NCBI GenBank assembly: GCA_038243585.1
Contig: JBBSQY010000021.1
Location: forward strand, 1 to 50,450
DNA length: 50,450 nucleotides
Direction of reading: 5' to 3'
Source of the DNA: Candidatus Sumerlaeales bacterium
GTDB taxonomy: Bacteria > Sumerlaeota > Sumerlaeia > Sumerlaeales > Sumerlaeaceae
The translations under genes were made by a program, and so were the position numbers. This document shows positions 30,846 through 41,071 of this stretch, piece after piece. The notes beneath the pieces are model-generated. The model saw nothing but the letters and a program-made list of their open reading frames with translations, searched no databases and was not told the DNA's origin. Every line of letters begins with the position of its first letter. Positions within the stretch are counted from its first letter, which is position 1.

Positions 30846-31385
30846 TTACTTGCCAGCTGACTTGCCGACTTTGCGCCGAACTATTTCGCCAACATAACGT
30901 ATCCCTTTGCCCTTGTATGGCTCTGGAGGACGGACCCTGCGGATCTGGGCTGCCACTTGACCAACCTGCTGCTTGTCGTAGCCACTAATTATAACAGACG
31001 TTGGTTTCGGTACCTCAAAGGTAATTCCGTTAGGCGCATCAAAAGCAACTGGATGTGATTTACCAACCAGTAAGTTAAGCTTATTGCCTTCCATATTAGC
31101 GCGGTAACCAACGCCCTGAATCTCGAGTTCCTTTCGGAACCCTTCAGTGACACCGGTAACCATATTGGTTAACATACGTTGCACTAAGCCATGAAACGCC
31201 TTAGCCTGCTTATCGTCTCCATGACGCTTGGCCCGAAGTTCGCCGTCAACGTGTTCAACGCTCACACGTTGAGGAATAGTAAGGGACAACTCACCTTTAG
31301 GACCTTTTACACGGATCTCATTTTTATCCTGAACCACTGTAACTGAACTGGGAACTGGAATTGGAATTTTACCAATACGACTCAT
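30846..31385 (-). CDS. rplF: 50S ribosomal protein L6
   Basis: MSRIGK, VKGPKG, GVGYRA and PEPYKGKGIRY. Confidence 0.98.
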   Translation of the reverse strand: MSRIGKIPIPVPSSVTVVQDKNEIRVKGPKGELSLTIPQRVSVEHVDGELRAKRHGDDKQAKAFHGLVQRMLTNMVTGVTEGFRKELEIQGVGYRANMEGNKLNLLVGKSHPVAFDAPNGITFEVPKPTSVIISGYDKQQVGQVAAQIRRVRPPEPYKGKGIRYVGEIVRRKVGKSAGK

Positions 31386-31465
31386 AATTTACGGACTTTC
31401 AAAAACTCAACTGAAATTGTTAACGGACAGTTGGCAACCGATTACCAAATGTTGCAGAGAACTAC

Positions 31466-31870
31466 TTACCAGACGTTGCAGAGAACTTCGCCACCAATGT
31501 TCTGCATGCGACAATGTTTGTCAGTAAGCAGCCCGCGGCTTGTAGAGACAATTGTTATCCCAAGGCCGTCAAGTGTGCGAGGCACGGCATTGGCACCAGA
31601 GTAACGGCGAATACCAGGTTTGGAAACGCGTTTTAAGCCATGAATAACATGCCGACGGTCAGGACCATATTTCAAATAAACTTTAATCGGGCTTTTGATA
31701 CCCTTCCCTTTTGAGTTCCAGAAGCAGGCCTTAATAAAACCTTCTTCCTTCAAAATGCGCGCAATCTCCCACTTGATCTTGGAGTACGGGATTTCTACTT
31801 CCTCATGTCGGGCGGAATTAGCATTCCTGATACGCGTAAGCATATCGGCGATAGGATCAGTAACAGGCAT
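31466..31870 (-). CDS. rpsH: 30S ribosomal protein S8
   Basis: [23 protein letters not shown] and GGEVLC. Confidence 0.98.
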   Translation of the reverse strand: MPVTDPIADMLTRIRNANSARHEEVEIPYSKIKWEIARILKEEGFIKACFWNSKGKGIKSPIKVYLKYGPDRRHVIHGLKRVSKPGIRRYSGANAVPRTLDGLGITIVSTSRGLLTDKHCRMQNIGGEVLCNVW

Positions 31871-32042
31871 GGAACTTTTAATATGTCCTTTTCATAATCG
31901 TGCGCAGTATCCCCGAAATACTTTCGTACCCGGCTGGACTTACGCTCGGCGAAACCGGGCGGACCCTATTGGGCCACGGCGGAGACTACCGCTTATTAAA
32001 GCGTTTCATTCAACTTCGACAACAGACAAGTGGACGATATAA

Positions 32043-32228
32043 CTACCAAGAGCTTTTTGTTACACCAGGCACATGGCCTTTGCTTGCCAAGTTCCGGAAA
32101 CAGATTCTGCAAAGATTGAAATCCCGGATAAACGCACGAGCACGACCGCACAATGGACAACGGTTCATCTTGCGTGAGCTGAACTTCGGTTTAATTTTGG
32201 CTTTATATTCTTTAGCGCAGGTTGACAT
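32043..32228 (-). CDS. rpsN: 30S ribosomal protein S14, type Z (zinc-binding)
   Basis: 61 aa; RCPLCGR...LCRICFR...PGVTKSSW. Confidence 0.96.
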   Translation of the reverse strand: MSTCAKEYKAKIKPKFSSRKMNRCPLCGRARAFIRDFNLCRICFRNLASKGHVPGVTKSSW

Positions 32229-32241
32229 TGAAAGGCCTCTC

Positions 32242-32835
32242 TTACTTTTCCCGGAAAGGATAACCCATGAGCTTCAAGAGCTCGCGTGCTTCCTCATCCG
32301 TCTTTGCAGTGGTCACAGTGGTAATGTTCATACCTTTAACACCGGTAACCTTGTTAAAATCTAATTCCATGAAAATCAAATGCTCACGAATTCCCATTGA
32401 GTGGTTGCCGCGTCCATCAAAGCTACGAGTAGGCAGACCGCGAAAGTCCCGAACCCGCGGGATTGCTACATTAATCAGGCGCTCCATAAATTCGAACATC
32501 ATGTTCCCACGAAGCGTGACGAAACAGCCTACCGGCATGCCTTCGCGAAGCTTGAAGGAACTGATAGATTTCTTAGCAACAGTGCGCTTGGGCTTTTGGC
32601 CTGTAATTTGAGCTAACTCACGCTCTCCAGCGTCTAGAACTTTGATGTCACGGCTTGCTTCTCCCAGTCCCATGTTTACAACGATCTTTTCAAAGCGAGG
32701 AACCTGGTTGATGTTTTCATAGTTAAAACGCTTTAGCATTTCTTGTACGATTTCATCCCGGTATTTCAAACGCAACGCTGGGGTGTAGCGATTATTATTT
32801 GTCGAGTTTTCTTCTGTTTCATTTACTTCTGACAT
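32242..32835 (-). CDS. rplE: 50S ribosomal protein L5
   Basis: [27 protein letters not shown] and FDGRGN. Confidence 0.98.
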   Translation of the reverse strand: MSEVNETEENSTNNNRYTPALRLKYRDEIVQEMLKRFNYENINQVPRFEKIVVNMGLGEASRDIKVLDAGERELAQITGQKPKRTVAKKSISSFKLREGMPVGCFVTLRGNMMFEFMERLINVAIPRVRDFRGLPTRSFDGRGNHSMGIREHLIFMELDFNKVTGVKGMNITTVTTAKTDEEARELLKLMGYPFREK

Positions 32836-32915
32836 AATTTGCTATTACCTAGATTCCTTATATGAGCGACGGCCTATGTACGTCCACTCTGGGGTAATGT
32901 TAACAGGGGGAAAGC

Positions 32916-33227
32916 TTAGAGCTTTCCACCGCATTTTTTACAGACTCTGATCTTTGTGTCATTCTTGATATCGGTACCGAATCGAACACCTTTTTTGCAG
33001 CTTTCACAATAGAGCATGAGGTTCGACAGGTGGATCGACGCTTCACGTTCTTGAATACCACCGCGTTGGTCCTGACTGGTTGCTTTAACGTGACGTTTGA
33101 TCATGTTGACATGTTCAACAATAGCCCTATTATCTGATGGCAATACGGAAAGAACTTTGGCGATCGTGCCTTTATCTTTACCCGCAATGACTTTAACGCG
33201 GTCGTCTTTTTTTATCCTGAGAGACAT
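32916..33227 (-). CDS. rplX: 50S ribosomal protein L24
   Basis: IKKDD.VKVIAGKDKG and EASIHLSN; two C-terminal CxxC motifs. Confidence 0.96.
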   Translation of the reverse strand: MSLRIKKDDRVKVIAGKDKGTIAKVLSVLPSDNRAIVEHVNMIKRHVKATSQDQRGGIQEREASIHLSNLMLYCESCKKGVRFGTDIKNDTKIRVCKKCGGKL

Positions 33228-33260
33228 CTATCTATCCTAATCCTCGTCCAATCAACCCTG

Positions 33261-33629
33261 TCACACAACTTCAGGCGCGAGGGAGATTATCTTCATAAAG
33301 TTCTTCTTGCGTAGTTCTCGGCCAACAGCACCAAAGATACGCGTGCCAACAGGTTCGTTGTTGTTGTTTATGATAACAGCAGCATTTCCGTCAAACTTGA
33401 CGTAAGATCCGTCTTCACGGCCAAGCTCTTTCGTGGTGCGCACAACCACAGCCTTGACGATTGAGTTTTTCTTAACCGTACCGTCAGGAGCTGCTTCACG
33501 AACGCTGCAGACAATAATGTCTCCAATTCGCGCATAGCGCCGCTTCGAGCCACCTAGCACTTTAAAACACCGAATCTTCTTGGCACCGCTATTATCTGCC
33601 ACGTCCAGTACTGTATATTCCTGAATCAT
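33261..33629 (-). CDS. rplN: 50S ribosomal protein L14
   Basis: [14 protein letters not shown] and KIISLAPEV. Confidence 0.98.
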   Translation of the reverse strand: MIQEYTVLDVADNSGAKKIRCFKVLGGSKRRYARIGDIIVCSVREAAPDGTVKKNSIVKAVVVRTTKELGREDGSYVKFDGNAAVIINNNNEPVGTRIFGAVGRELRKKNFMKIISLAPEVV

Positions 33630-33694
33630 TTCTTTCGTTTCCTTAACGTGTTTACGTCAAAAACTTTTTTTGATGTCTAACACAAAATCCAATG

Positions 33695-33982
33695 TTACTT
33701 GGCCCGTGCGATAACTTCCTGGACTCGCCAACATTTTAATTTTGACAACGGACGCGTCTCGACGATCTTTACTGTATCACCTTCGCGGACATCATTCGCT
33801 TCATCATGAGCATAGAGCCGAGTAGTACGTTTTATATACTTCTTGTAGAGCGGATGCTTAACCATCCGAACGACGGCGATTATGATCGTTTTATCCATTT
33901 TGCTGCTGACAACTTTACCTACACGCGTTTTGCGCTGACCGCGAACAGCCTGTGTTGTTTCCGTATTTTGCGTATTATCCAT
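33695..33982 (-). CDS. rpsQ: 30S ribosomal protein S17
   Basis: [17 protein letters not shown] and ETRPLSK. Confidence 0.97.
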   Translation of the reverse strand: MDNTQNTETTQAVRGQRKTRVGKVVSSKMDKTIIIAVVRMVKHPLYKKYIKRTTRLYAHDEANDVREGDTVKIVETRPLSKLKCWRVQEVIARAK

Positions 33983-34000
33983 TATATCCGTCCTGTATCG

Positions 34001-34207
34001 TTAACTTGCCTGGGCATTTTCACGCCGCTTTTCCGCAATCGCCTGAAGAATCCGGGCACGATCACGACGGTTATTACGAATAGCCGCTACGTTTTTTTCT
34101 TCTTCATTTGAGACCTTAAACCGCAATTTATGCAGCGTTATCTCAGTTTTTTCAAGCTGACCCGTCAGCTCTTCAAGTTCCAGTTTTCTTAATTCAACAC
34201 TTTTCAT
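34001..34207 (-). CDS. rpmC: 50S ribosomal protein L29
   Basis: 68 aa; ELRK...LRF...IR..RRDRAR; lies between rplP and rpsQ. Confidence 0.9.
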   Translation of the reverse strand: MKSVELRKLELEELTGQLEKTEITLHKLRFKVSNEEEKNVAAIRNNRRDRARILQAIAEKRRENAQAS

Positions 34208-34626
34208 TACTGTCCTCCATCCTCACGTTTCACAAATCGCGTTTTGATGGGCAGCTTATGTGCAGCCAAGCTCATTGCCTCGCGAGCCATCTCATCGGTA
34301 ATACCTTCTATTTCGAACATGATTCGTCCCGGCTTGACAACCGCGACCCAATGTTCTGGGTTACCTTTGCCCTTACCCATTCGGGTTTCGGCTGGCTTGG
34401 AAGTAAGTGGCTTATCTGGGAATATGGTTATCCACAGTTTTCCGCCACGCTTAACGTGTCTGTTGATTGCAACACGCGCTGCTTCAATCTGACGGTTGGT
34501 TATCCAGCCAACCTCCAGGGCCTGAAGGCCGAACTGGCCGAAGGATAAGTCACTACCGCGATAAGCTTTGCCGCGGCGGCGGCCCTTCTGCACCTTCCTA
34601 TGTTTGACTCGCTTCGGTAATAGCAT
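34207..34626 (-). CDS. rplP: 50S ribosomal protein L16
   Basis: [24 protein letters not shown] and HKLP. Confidence 0.98.
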   Translation of the reverse strand: MLLPKRVKHRKVQKGRRRGKAYRGSDLSFGQFGLQALEVGWITNRQIEAARVAINRHVKRGGKLWITIFPDKPLTSKPAETRMGKGKGNPEHWVAVVKPGRIMFEIEGITDEMAREAMSLAAHKLPIKTRFVKREDGGQ

Positions 34627-34678
34627 TTTTCGTTAATCCGTCCTGGTAACTGGACCCGGTGTCCGGGTTCAACTTATC

Positions 34679-34900
34679 TTACTTCTTTGCCCGCATGACG
34701 ACTACCGCCATAAGAGCGAAATCCACTGTGCCTGTACGAGAATGATATTCAATCTGATTAATCTTCAAATCCAACAATGACTGGTCTGTTGATTCTCTCA
34801 GATACTCGTTGATTTTTGACTCAAGCGCGATTTCATCGCCAGCCGTAATCACTTTAACCTGAGCCACTTCATCCGCAGCTAATCCAACCATTGCTTCCAA
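34679..34900 (-). CDS. small hypothetical protein, Cse60/DUF2758-like, inside the S10 operon
   Basis: 73-aa ORF (TTG start after AGAAGG, or ATG three codons later) fills the rpsC-rplP gap; pattern QVKV......LE..INEYL......DLK...AVVV.R. Confidence 0.7.
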   Translation of the reverse strand: MEAMVGLAADEVAQVKVITAGDEIALESKINEYLRESTDQSLLDLKINQIEYHSRTGTVDFALMAVVVMRAKK

Positions 34901-34911
34901 ACCCTTCTCGA

Positions 34912-35589
34912 TCAGGCAGTTACTTTCGTATTACCCGTTGAAATCTGAGGTTGCATCCGATCCTCAAAAATTTCGCCTTTGAAGATCCACACCTTGATTC
35001 CAATAATACCAAATTTAGTCTTTGCTTCCGCGAAGCCGTAATCGATATCTGCGCGTATTGTATGTAAAGGAACACGCCCTTCCCGGTACCATTCAGACCG
35101 CGCGATTTCCGCGCCGCCCAAACGTCCGCCACACTTAATTTTGATTCCGAGCGCTCCTGCTTTTATACTGGCTAGAACCGTCTTCTTCATTGCGCGACGA
35201 AAACCGATGCGGCGAATCAACTGGCTGGCGATGTTCTCGGCTACTAGCTGAGCAACAACATCTGGCTTCTTGATCTCTTCGATGTTTATGATTACCTGTT
35301 TGCCAGTACGACCTTCCAGCATCCGCCGCAAACCTTCGATTTCACTTCCCTTACGTCCAATGATGATACCAGGACGGGCAGTATGAATTGTAATTTTGCA
35401 CCGAGTGGTCGCTCGCTCAATTTCAATGCGGGAAATACCGGCATGATAGAACCGAGTTTTGATTTCCTTGCGCAGTGCAAGGTCTTCATGAAGATTTTCT
35501 TTATACGTCTTCTTGTCAAAATACCAGCGGCTTTCCCACTGCTTAATGACGCCCAGGCGAAATGCTATTGGATGTACTTTTTGTCCCAT
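34912..35589 (-). CDS. rpsC: 30S ribosomal protein S3
   Basis: [27 protein letters not shown] and GRVPLHT. Confidence 0.98.
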   Translation of the reverse strand: MGQKVHPIAFRLGVIKQWESRWYFDKKTYKENLHEDLALRKEIKTRFYHAGISRIEIERATTRCKITIHTARPGIIIGRKGSEIEGLRRMLEGRTGKQVIINIEEIKKPDVVAQLVAENIASQLIRRIGFRRAMKKTVLASIKAGALGIKIKCGGRLGGAEIARSEWYREGRVPLHTIRADIDYGFAEAKTKFGIIGIKVWIFKGEIFEDRMQPQISTGNTKVTA

Positions 35590-35603
35590 TTGCTCTTGGT
35601 CCC

Positions 35604-35972
35604 TTAAATTTCGTTCAGCCGGATGGTAATGTGACAGCTTCTTTTCCGCACGCGCACACCGCGCCCCATTGGAGCAGCACGCATTCTCTTCTGCATTTGC
35701 GCGGCATCAACGAACACAGTACCAACTACCAAACCATCCGGATCACTGATACCCTTCTGCTGGGCGTTTGCACGCGCGCTTTTCAAAAGATTCATCACGT
35801 CAGGGCAGGCACTTGGCTTATGGGTCAGCTGCAGAAGACTCAACGCATCACCAACCCGCTTACCACGAATCAAATCGCATACCAGACGCGCCTTGCGGGC
35901 GGTCATCCGAGCTTTTTGAAGACTGGCTTCTGCAACGGCATCGTAATTTTTTGTATGTTTCGGTTTAGACAT
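35604..35972 (-). CDS. rplV: 50S ribosomal protein L22
   Basis: RKARLV.DLIRG, LKSA.ANA and GR...RKRSCHITI. Confidence 0.95.
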   Translation of the reverse strand: MSKPKHTKNYDAVAEASLQKARMTARKARLVCDLIRGKRVGDALSLLQLTHKPSACPDVMNLLKSARANAQQKGISDPDGLVVGTVFVDAAQMQKRMRAAPMGRGVRVRKRSCHITIRLNEI

Positions 35973-35985
35973 TTAGGTTTCTACC

Positions 35986-36264
35986 TTACTTCGTAACCTT
36001 GGCGGTTTTGCCGCCATGGGCTCTGAACATTCGAGTGGGGGCAAACTCACCTAATTTGTGACCCACCATGTTTTCATTTATGAACACCGGGAGGAACTGC
36101 TTACCATTATGCACAGCAATAGTAAGTCCCACCATATCTGGCACAATCATGGAAGCACGACTCCATGTCTTAATAACTTTGCGATCGCCGGCGCTTTGGG
36201 CTTTTTCAACACGGCCCAGGAGACGCGGCTCCACAAAAGCTCCTTTGGATATACTCCTTGGCAT
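35986..36264 (-). CDS. rpsS: 30S ribosomal protein S19
   Basis: IKTWSR, VHNGK and [13 protein letters not shown]. Confidence 0.98.
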   Translation of the reverse strand: MPRSISKGAFVEPRLLGRVEKAQSAGDRKVIKTWSRASMIVPDMVGLTIAVHNGKQFLPVFINENMVGHKLGEFAPTRMFRAHGGKTAKVTK

Positions 36265-36265
36265 A

Positions 36266-37096
36266 TTACCTCTGGTTCCTCCGCTTTACTATATACTTGT
36301 TGGATGGATTCTTTTTCTTACGAGTTCTGTAGCCCTTCGTAAGCCAGCCCCAAGGTGAGCAGGGATGCCGTCCGCCGGATGTTTTTCCTTCGCCGCCGCC
36401 ATGAGGGTGGTCGACCGGGTTCATTGCAACACCACGAACCTCCGGGCGCTTACCCATCCAGCGACTGCGACCAGCCTTACCGATATTAATATTTTCATGC
36501 TCAACATTACTGATCTGGCCAAGAGTCGCCTTGCATTCACGGTGAATTAAACGAACTTCACCCGATTGAAGACGAATTGTTGCGTAGTCACCCTCACGCG
36601 CCAATAGCTGCGCACTGTTACCAGCGGTACGTACCATCTGCGCACCTTTACCAGGACGCATTTCGATGTTATGTATGATGGAACCCACTGGTATATGACG
36701 AAGCTTTAAGCAGTTGCCCGGTTTAATTTCGGAACCTTCACCGCTTGTTATAACTGCGCCAACCTTAATTGCAACAGGAGCAATAATATAGCGTTTCTCT
36801 CCGTCGGCGTACTGTAATAATGCAATACGCGCCGTGCGATTCGGATCGTATTCGATCGAAACGACTTTAGCAGGAATGCTATCTTTATTCCGCTTAAAAT
36901 CGATAATACGGTAGCGCTTTTTGTGGCCACCACCAATCCAGCGGCTAGTAATGCGGCCGCGATTGTTTCTACCGCCGGTACGACGCATCGGGGCCAATAG
37001 AGATTTCTCAGGCGTGGAGCGGGTTATTTCGCTAAAGCTTGAGACGCTCATCTGACGTCGGCTTGGAGTTGTCGGTTTAAAGGTTTTTACTGGCAT
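36266..37096 (-). CDS. rplB: 50S ribosomal protein L2
   Basis: GGRNNRG, EYDPNR, GKAGR and [18 protein letters not shown]. Confidence 0.98.
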   Translation of the reverse strand: MPVKTFKPTTPSRRQMSVSSFSEITRSTPEKSLLAPMRRTGGRNNRGRITSRWIGGGHKKRYRIIDFKRNKDSIPAKVVSIEYDPNRTARIALLQYADGEKRYIIAPVAIKVGAVITSGEGSEIKPGNCLKLRHIPVGSIIHNIEMRPGKGAQMVRTAGNSAQLLAREGDYATIRLQSGEVRLIHRECKATLGQISNVEHENINIGKAGRSRWMGKRPEVRGVAMNPVDHPHGGGEGKTSGGRHPCSPWGWLTKGYRTRKKKNPSNKYIVKRRNQR

Positions 37097-37133
37097 TTTA
37101 TCTTCCGTTTACACTCTGCTACGTACCTATTTG

Positions 37134-37421
37134 TTACAGGTCCGCCAGCTTGTGCCCTTCCTTGAGCGTTACATAGGCTTTCTTCCAGTTGCTCGCATGA
37201 CCCGCAAAACGACCCTGGCGACGCAACTTGCCTTTCATCACAACCGTGTTGACTTTGTCTACTTCAACACTAAAGATGGCTTCGATCGCCCGTGCAATTT
37301 CAATCTTGTTTGCTGCACGTGCAACTTCAAAAACGTATTCCGGGCTAACAGTGCGCTCGCGTAATAGCAGAGCCTTTTCAGTTAGCAGCGGACGAGTTAT
37401 AATTAAGTATGGTGATTTCAT
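37134..37421 (-). CDS. rplW: 50S ribosomal protein L23
   Basis: PLLTEKA, ANK.EI and WKKAYVTL. Confidence 0.96.
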   Translation of the reverse strand: MKSPYLIITRPLLTEKALLLRERTVSPEYVFEVARAANKIEIARAIEAIFSVEVDKVNTVVMKGKLRRQGRFAGHASNWKKAYVTLKEGHKLADL

Positions 37422-38065
37422 GCGGCTTCAGCCTCCGAAGAAATCTGCTTCTCCAGCGCTTTCAACGTATCAGGCGTAGCAACAAGATGGTCACACGTAA
37501 GCAGATTGTAGATGTTGATATTTTGAATGTCAGATACTATCACGGTTCCAAGGTTTCTTGCCGACTTGGCAAGGTTGTCATCCTGCACTGATACAAGAAC
37601 AAGAATTCGCTGCGCGCCGTTAACTCCCAGATTGCCGAGCAAATCAATAAAAGACCTGGTGCTTGGCTTCGTAAGAGCAAAGTCTTTCAAGACAGTGATT
37701 TTTTCAAGTTTAAGCAGGTCGCTAAGCGCCGAGTACAACGCAAGTCGACGAACCTTGCGGTTCACCTTCTGATTGTAATCCCGAGGTGATGGACCAAAGA
37801 TGATTGCTCCACCACGCCACTGCGGAGAACGAATCGAACCCTGACGGGCGCGACCAGTGCCCTTTTGCTTCCAAGGTTTCCGGCCACCACCGCGAACAAA
37901 TGCACGGGTTTTAGTGGAATGCGTTCCCTGACGTTGATTAGCCTGATATGCAATAAGAGCTTGCCGAACAGCGTCCCGATTTGGTTCGATGCCGAAAACC
38001 ACATCGCTCACATCCACTGAACCTGCTTCTGAGCCTTTGGGATCACGTACTTTTAGAGTTGCCAT
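37418..38065 (-). CDS. rplD: 50S ribosomal protein L4
   Basis: RQGTHSTKTR and KPWKQKGTGRARQGS.RSP.WRGG. Confidence 0.98.
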   Translation of the reverse strand: MATLKVRDPKGSEAGSVDVSDVVFGIEPNRDAVRQALIAYQANQRQGTHSTKTRAFVRGGGRKPWKQKGTGRARQGSIRSPQWRGGAIIFGPSPRDYNQKVNRKVRRLALYSALSDLLKLEKITVLKDFALTKPSTRSFIDLLGNLGVNGAQRILVLVSVQDDNLAKSARNLGTVIVSDIQNINIYNLLTCDHLVATPDTLKALEKQISSEAEAA

Positions 38066-38070
38066 GATTT

Positions 38071-38820
38071 TTACCTGCCACCCTTCTTTGAAGCCTTGAT
38101 AGGATTCAAAGTCTTACTTGATGCCGCTTTAGCGCGTTCTGCCGAAGAAGCTGCCAGCTGCAGCTGTCTCGCCGCTTTCTTGGCGCGTACTGTCGGACGA
38201 ATCATTACGAAGCTGTTATCATGGCCGGGGATACTTCCGCGAACAATCAAAAGGTTGTTCTCTTTATCAGCTTTTACAACTACGAGATTAAGTATGGCAG
38301 TTCGGACATTGCCCATATGCCCTGCACCCTTTTTATTCTTCCAGGTTTTGGAAGGATAGCTTGATGCGCCTTGAGAACCGGCACGGCGATGGTACATCGA
38401 ACCGTGTGTTTCAGGTCCACGCGCTACTTTCCAGCGCTTAATGGGTGAAGCAAAACCGCGCCCCTTAGATACCCCGACGACGTCAATATGATCGCCTTCT
38501 TTGAACTGGTCCACATCAAGAGTAGAACCAACTTCAGGCAGAGACTCTACGTCGCCCTCACCACTAAGGCGAAACTCGCGAATGTACCGCAGCATCGGCA
38601 CACCAGCTTTTTTAAAGTGGCCTGTTTGCGGACGATTCACGTTCTTTTCTTTTTTCTCACCATATCCAACCTGGACGGCATCATAGCCGTCCGTAGCAGC
38701 AGTTTTATGCTGCACTACGTAGCAAGGGCCGGCTTGTATATAAGTAACCGGCACCAGCTTACCATTCTGGTCGAATATCTGAGACATTCCTAATTTTTTT
38801 CCCAATAATCCGAGAGGCAT
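38071..38820 (-). CDS. rplC: 50S ribosomal protein L3 with an Ala/Lys-rich C-terminal extension
   Basis: GKKLGM, DGYDAVQ, SKGRGF, THGS..HR, GHMG and RGSIPG. Confidence 0.97.
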   Translation of the reverse strand: MPLGLLGKKLGMSQIFDQNGKLVPVTYIQAGPCYVVQHKTAATDGYDAVQVGYGEKKEKNVNRPQTGHFKKAGVPMLRYIREFRLSGEGDVESLPEVGSTLDVDQFKEGDHIDVVGVSKGRGFASPIKRWKVARGPETHGSMYHRRAGSQGASSYPSKTWKNKKGAGHMGNVRTAILNLVVVKADKENNLLIVRGSIPGHDNSFVMIRPTVRAKKAARQLQLAASSAERAKAASSKTLNPIKASKKGGR

Positions 38821-38883
38821 TCTTTCATCTCCACGGGAGAGAGGCTCATACTGCGCCTCCGCGCTCCCTGCTAAACAGCAGAC

Positions 38884-39195
38884 TTATGTCAGTTTAATTT
38901 CCACATGCACACCGGCTGGAAGATCCAGTTCGGTAAGTGCGTCGAGCGTCTTCTGGGTCGGGTCCACAATATCAACCAACCTTTTGTGACGTCGCACTTC
39001 AAATTGTTCACGACTTTTTTTATCCACGTGGGGCGATCGCAAAACCGTGTATTTACGGATGCGAGTTGGCAGTGGAATCGGGCCAGCAATGCGGGCACCC
39101 GTGCGTTTAGCTGTGTCCACGATTTCCTGTACGCTGGCGTCCAGCAAACGGAAATCAAACGCATTCAAGTTAATTCTAATTCTCTGTCCGGGCAT
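38884..39195 (-). CDS. rpsJ: 30S ribosomal protein S10
   Basis: [23 protein letters not shown] and LPAGV. Confidence 0.98.
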   Translation of the reverse strand: MPGQRIRINLNAFDFRLLDASVQEIVDTAKRTGARIAGPIPLPTRIRKYTVLRSPHVDKKSREQFEVRRHKRLVDIVDPTQKTLDALTELDLPAGVHVEIKLT

Positions 39196-39208
39196 TTTAT
39201 CGCTTTCG

Positions 39209-39248
39209 TGGGAAAGGCTGCCGATCCGATAAAGATCGGCAGCTCCCA
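39209..39248 (-). terminator. strong hairpin between tuf and rpsJ (partial terminator or mRNA stabiliser)
   Basis: Perfect 10-bp stem GCTGCCGATC/GATCGGCAGC (39217-39243), extendable by TGGGA/TCCCA. Only a short U-tract follows on the minus strand. Confidence 0.5.
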
Positions 39249-39258
39249 GTTTCCTCTA

Positions 39259-40452
39259 TTATTCGATAACTTCGCCTACCACGCCGGCGCCGACTGTGCG
39301 GCCACCTTCGCGGATAGCGAATCGCAATTCTTTTTCCATGGCGATAGGGTTGATCAAATCAACCGTAACTTCCAAGCTGTCACCAGGCATTACCATTTCA
39401 ACGCCTTCGGGTAATGTCACAATTCCAGTCACATCCGTCGTGCGGAAGTAGAACTGTGGACGGTATCCTTTGAAGAACGGCGTGTGTCGGCCACCTTCGT
39501 CTTTTGACAACACATAGATTTGAGCTTTAAACTTTTTGTGAGGAGTTATTGAACCGGGCTTTGCGATAACCTGACCACGCTCGATATCAACACGCTCAAC
39601 GCCGCGCAGAAGTAGCCCAACGTTATCGCCAGCTACGCCCTGATCCAGCAATTTACGGAACATTTCAACCCCGGTTACTACCGACTTACGGGTATTTTCC
39701 TGGATGCCAACGATATCAACGTTGTCACCAACGTTAATGATGCCGCGTTCAATACGTCCGGTGGCAACAGTTCCGCGACCAGAAATCGAAAACACGTCTT
39801 CGACAGGCATAAGGAATGGTTTTGCGATATCCCGCTCAGGCTCAGGAATAAACGAGTCAAGCGCTTCCATTAGCTTCGCGATAGCTGGACGACCATACTC
39901 GCCGTCTTCGCCGTTCAGAGCCTGCAACGCGCTACCACGAATAATCGGGGTGTCGTCGCCAGGAAATTCGTACTTGGAAAGTAACTCGCGAACTTCCAGT
40001 TCGACAAGCTCAAGCAACTCAGCATCGTCGACCTGATCGCACTTGTTAAGAAATACCACAATGTGAGGCACGCCAACCTGGCGAGCAAGCAGAATGTGCT
40101 CACGCGTCTGAGGCATTGGCCCGTCAGTAGCGGCAACCACCAGAATTGCGCCGTCCATCTGGGCTGCGCCGGTGATCATGTTTTTAATATAATCGGCGTG
40201 GCCCGGACAGTCTACGTGTGCGTAGTGGCGGTTAGGGCTTTCATACTCAACGTGCGAGGTTGCAATGGTTATACCACGAGCGCGCTCTTCGGGAGCCTTA
40301 TCGATTTGATCAAAGGCAACCATTTTTCCAAGACCGGCCTCTGCCTGGGTCTTAGTTATTGCAGCCGTCAGCGTTGTTTTACCATGATCGATGTGACCGA
40401 TGGTACCTACGTTTACGTGTGGCTTTTTGCGGTCGAATTTCTCTTTGGCCAT
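39259..40452 (-). CDS. tuf: elongation factor Tu
   Basis: [25 protein letters not shown] and [10 protein letters not shown]. Confidence 0.99.
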   Translation of the reverse strand: MAKEKFDRKKPHVNVGTIGHIDHGKTTLTAAITKTQAEAGLGKMVAFDQIDKAPEERARGITIATSHVEYESPNRHYAHVDCPGHADYIKNMITGAAQMDGAILVVAATDGPMPQTREHILLARQVGVPHIVVFLNKCDQVDDAELLELVELEVRELLSKYEFPGDDTPIIRGSALQALNGEDGEYGRPAIAKLMEALDSFIPEPERDIAKPFLMPVEDVFSISGRGTVATGRIERGIINVGDNVDIVGIQENTRKSVVTGVEMFRKLLDQGVAGDNVGLLLRGVERVDIERGQVIAKPGSITPHKKFKAQIYVLSKDEGGRHTPFFKGYRPQFYFRTTDVTGIVTLPEGVEMVMPGDSLEVTVDLINPIAMEKELRFAIREGGRTVGAGVVGEVIE

Positions 40453-41037
40453 AGCCCTTTATTTTTGATCCTCCAAAAATGATACAACCCGTTTCATACT
40501 GCTGTACGTCTACCGGCATAGCATCGGCGTTGTCGGCGGCCGGCAATCATATGCCAGACACAACTGATCAACACCAATCCCCTGTCGATATAGACACAGC
40601 CCGCCGCAGTAACGCGAACCGCACCCAAATCTTTAAATCAGGCACAGTTCCATACAACCCTCAGGCCGTAGGCTTACGCCGTAAATACCGCACATCTTAA
40701 TCAAAGGCTTAATCGAGTCGCTCAAGCGGCAGGACGCCGCTGCGAGTTCCCACCGGACCTTGCCCGGCAGCACCGTCCCATAGGGGATGGTGTCGAAGTA
40801 GCCCTCGCCTTCTTTCGTCCCGATATCTCGGGTCTAAGTCGTTACTCAGGTCTCGGTCGAGGGATCCGGGACCCGCCTGCGTTATCTTAACCACAGGTTG
40901 TGGTGTTTTACTATATCCAAATTTTATCAACCGACGTTGACGAAATCGTGATGCACCGGCCATGACTACTTGGCAAACCGCCGAGTATTCAATCTAACAT
41001 TAAAATTTCTTTCAGTTTGCTCCGGTGACAGCAATTA

Positions 41038-41069
41038 GCAGGAGCCGGGCTGGACTGCCCGGCTCCTGC
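41038..41069. terminator. GC-rich hairpin immediately after the PPIase stop; probable terminator
   Basis: Perfect 13-bp stem GCAGGAGCCGGGC-tggact-GCCCGGCTCCTGC; weak U-tract on the minus strand. Confidence 0.65.
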
Positions 41070-41071
41070 AA

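Noticed and set aside
34428..34436. Perfect DnaA box TTATCCACA
   Set aside because: Single copy inside the rplP coding sequence; no cluster.
26761..39860. Many antisense or alternate-frame ORFs over the ribosomal genes (also over the respiratory genes)
   Set aside because: Shadow ORFs of conserved genes, with no RBS or motifs.
40810..40850. Hammerhead-like CTGA...stem...GAAA on the minus strand
   Set aside because: Lacks the CUGANGA core directly adjoining stem II, and flanking stems I and III are not evident.
40709..40963. 84-aa ORF upstream of tuf
   Set aside because: No RBS or recognisable motif, and it coincides with the hairpin-rich segment. Treated as non-coding, though a leader peptide is not excluded.
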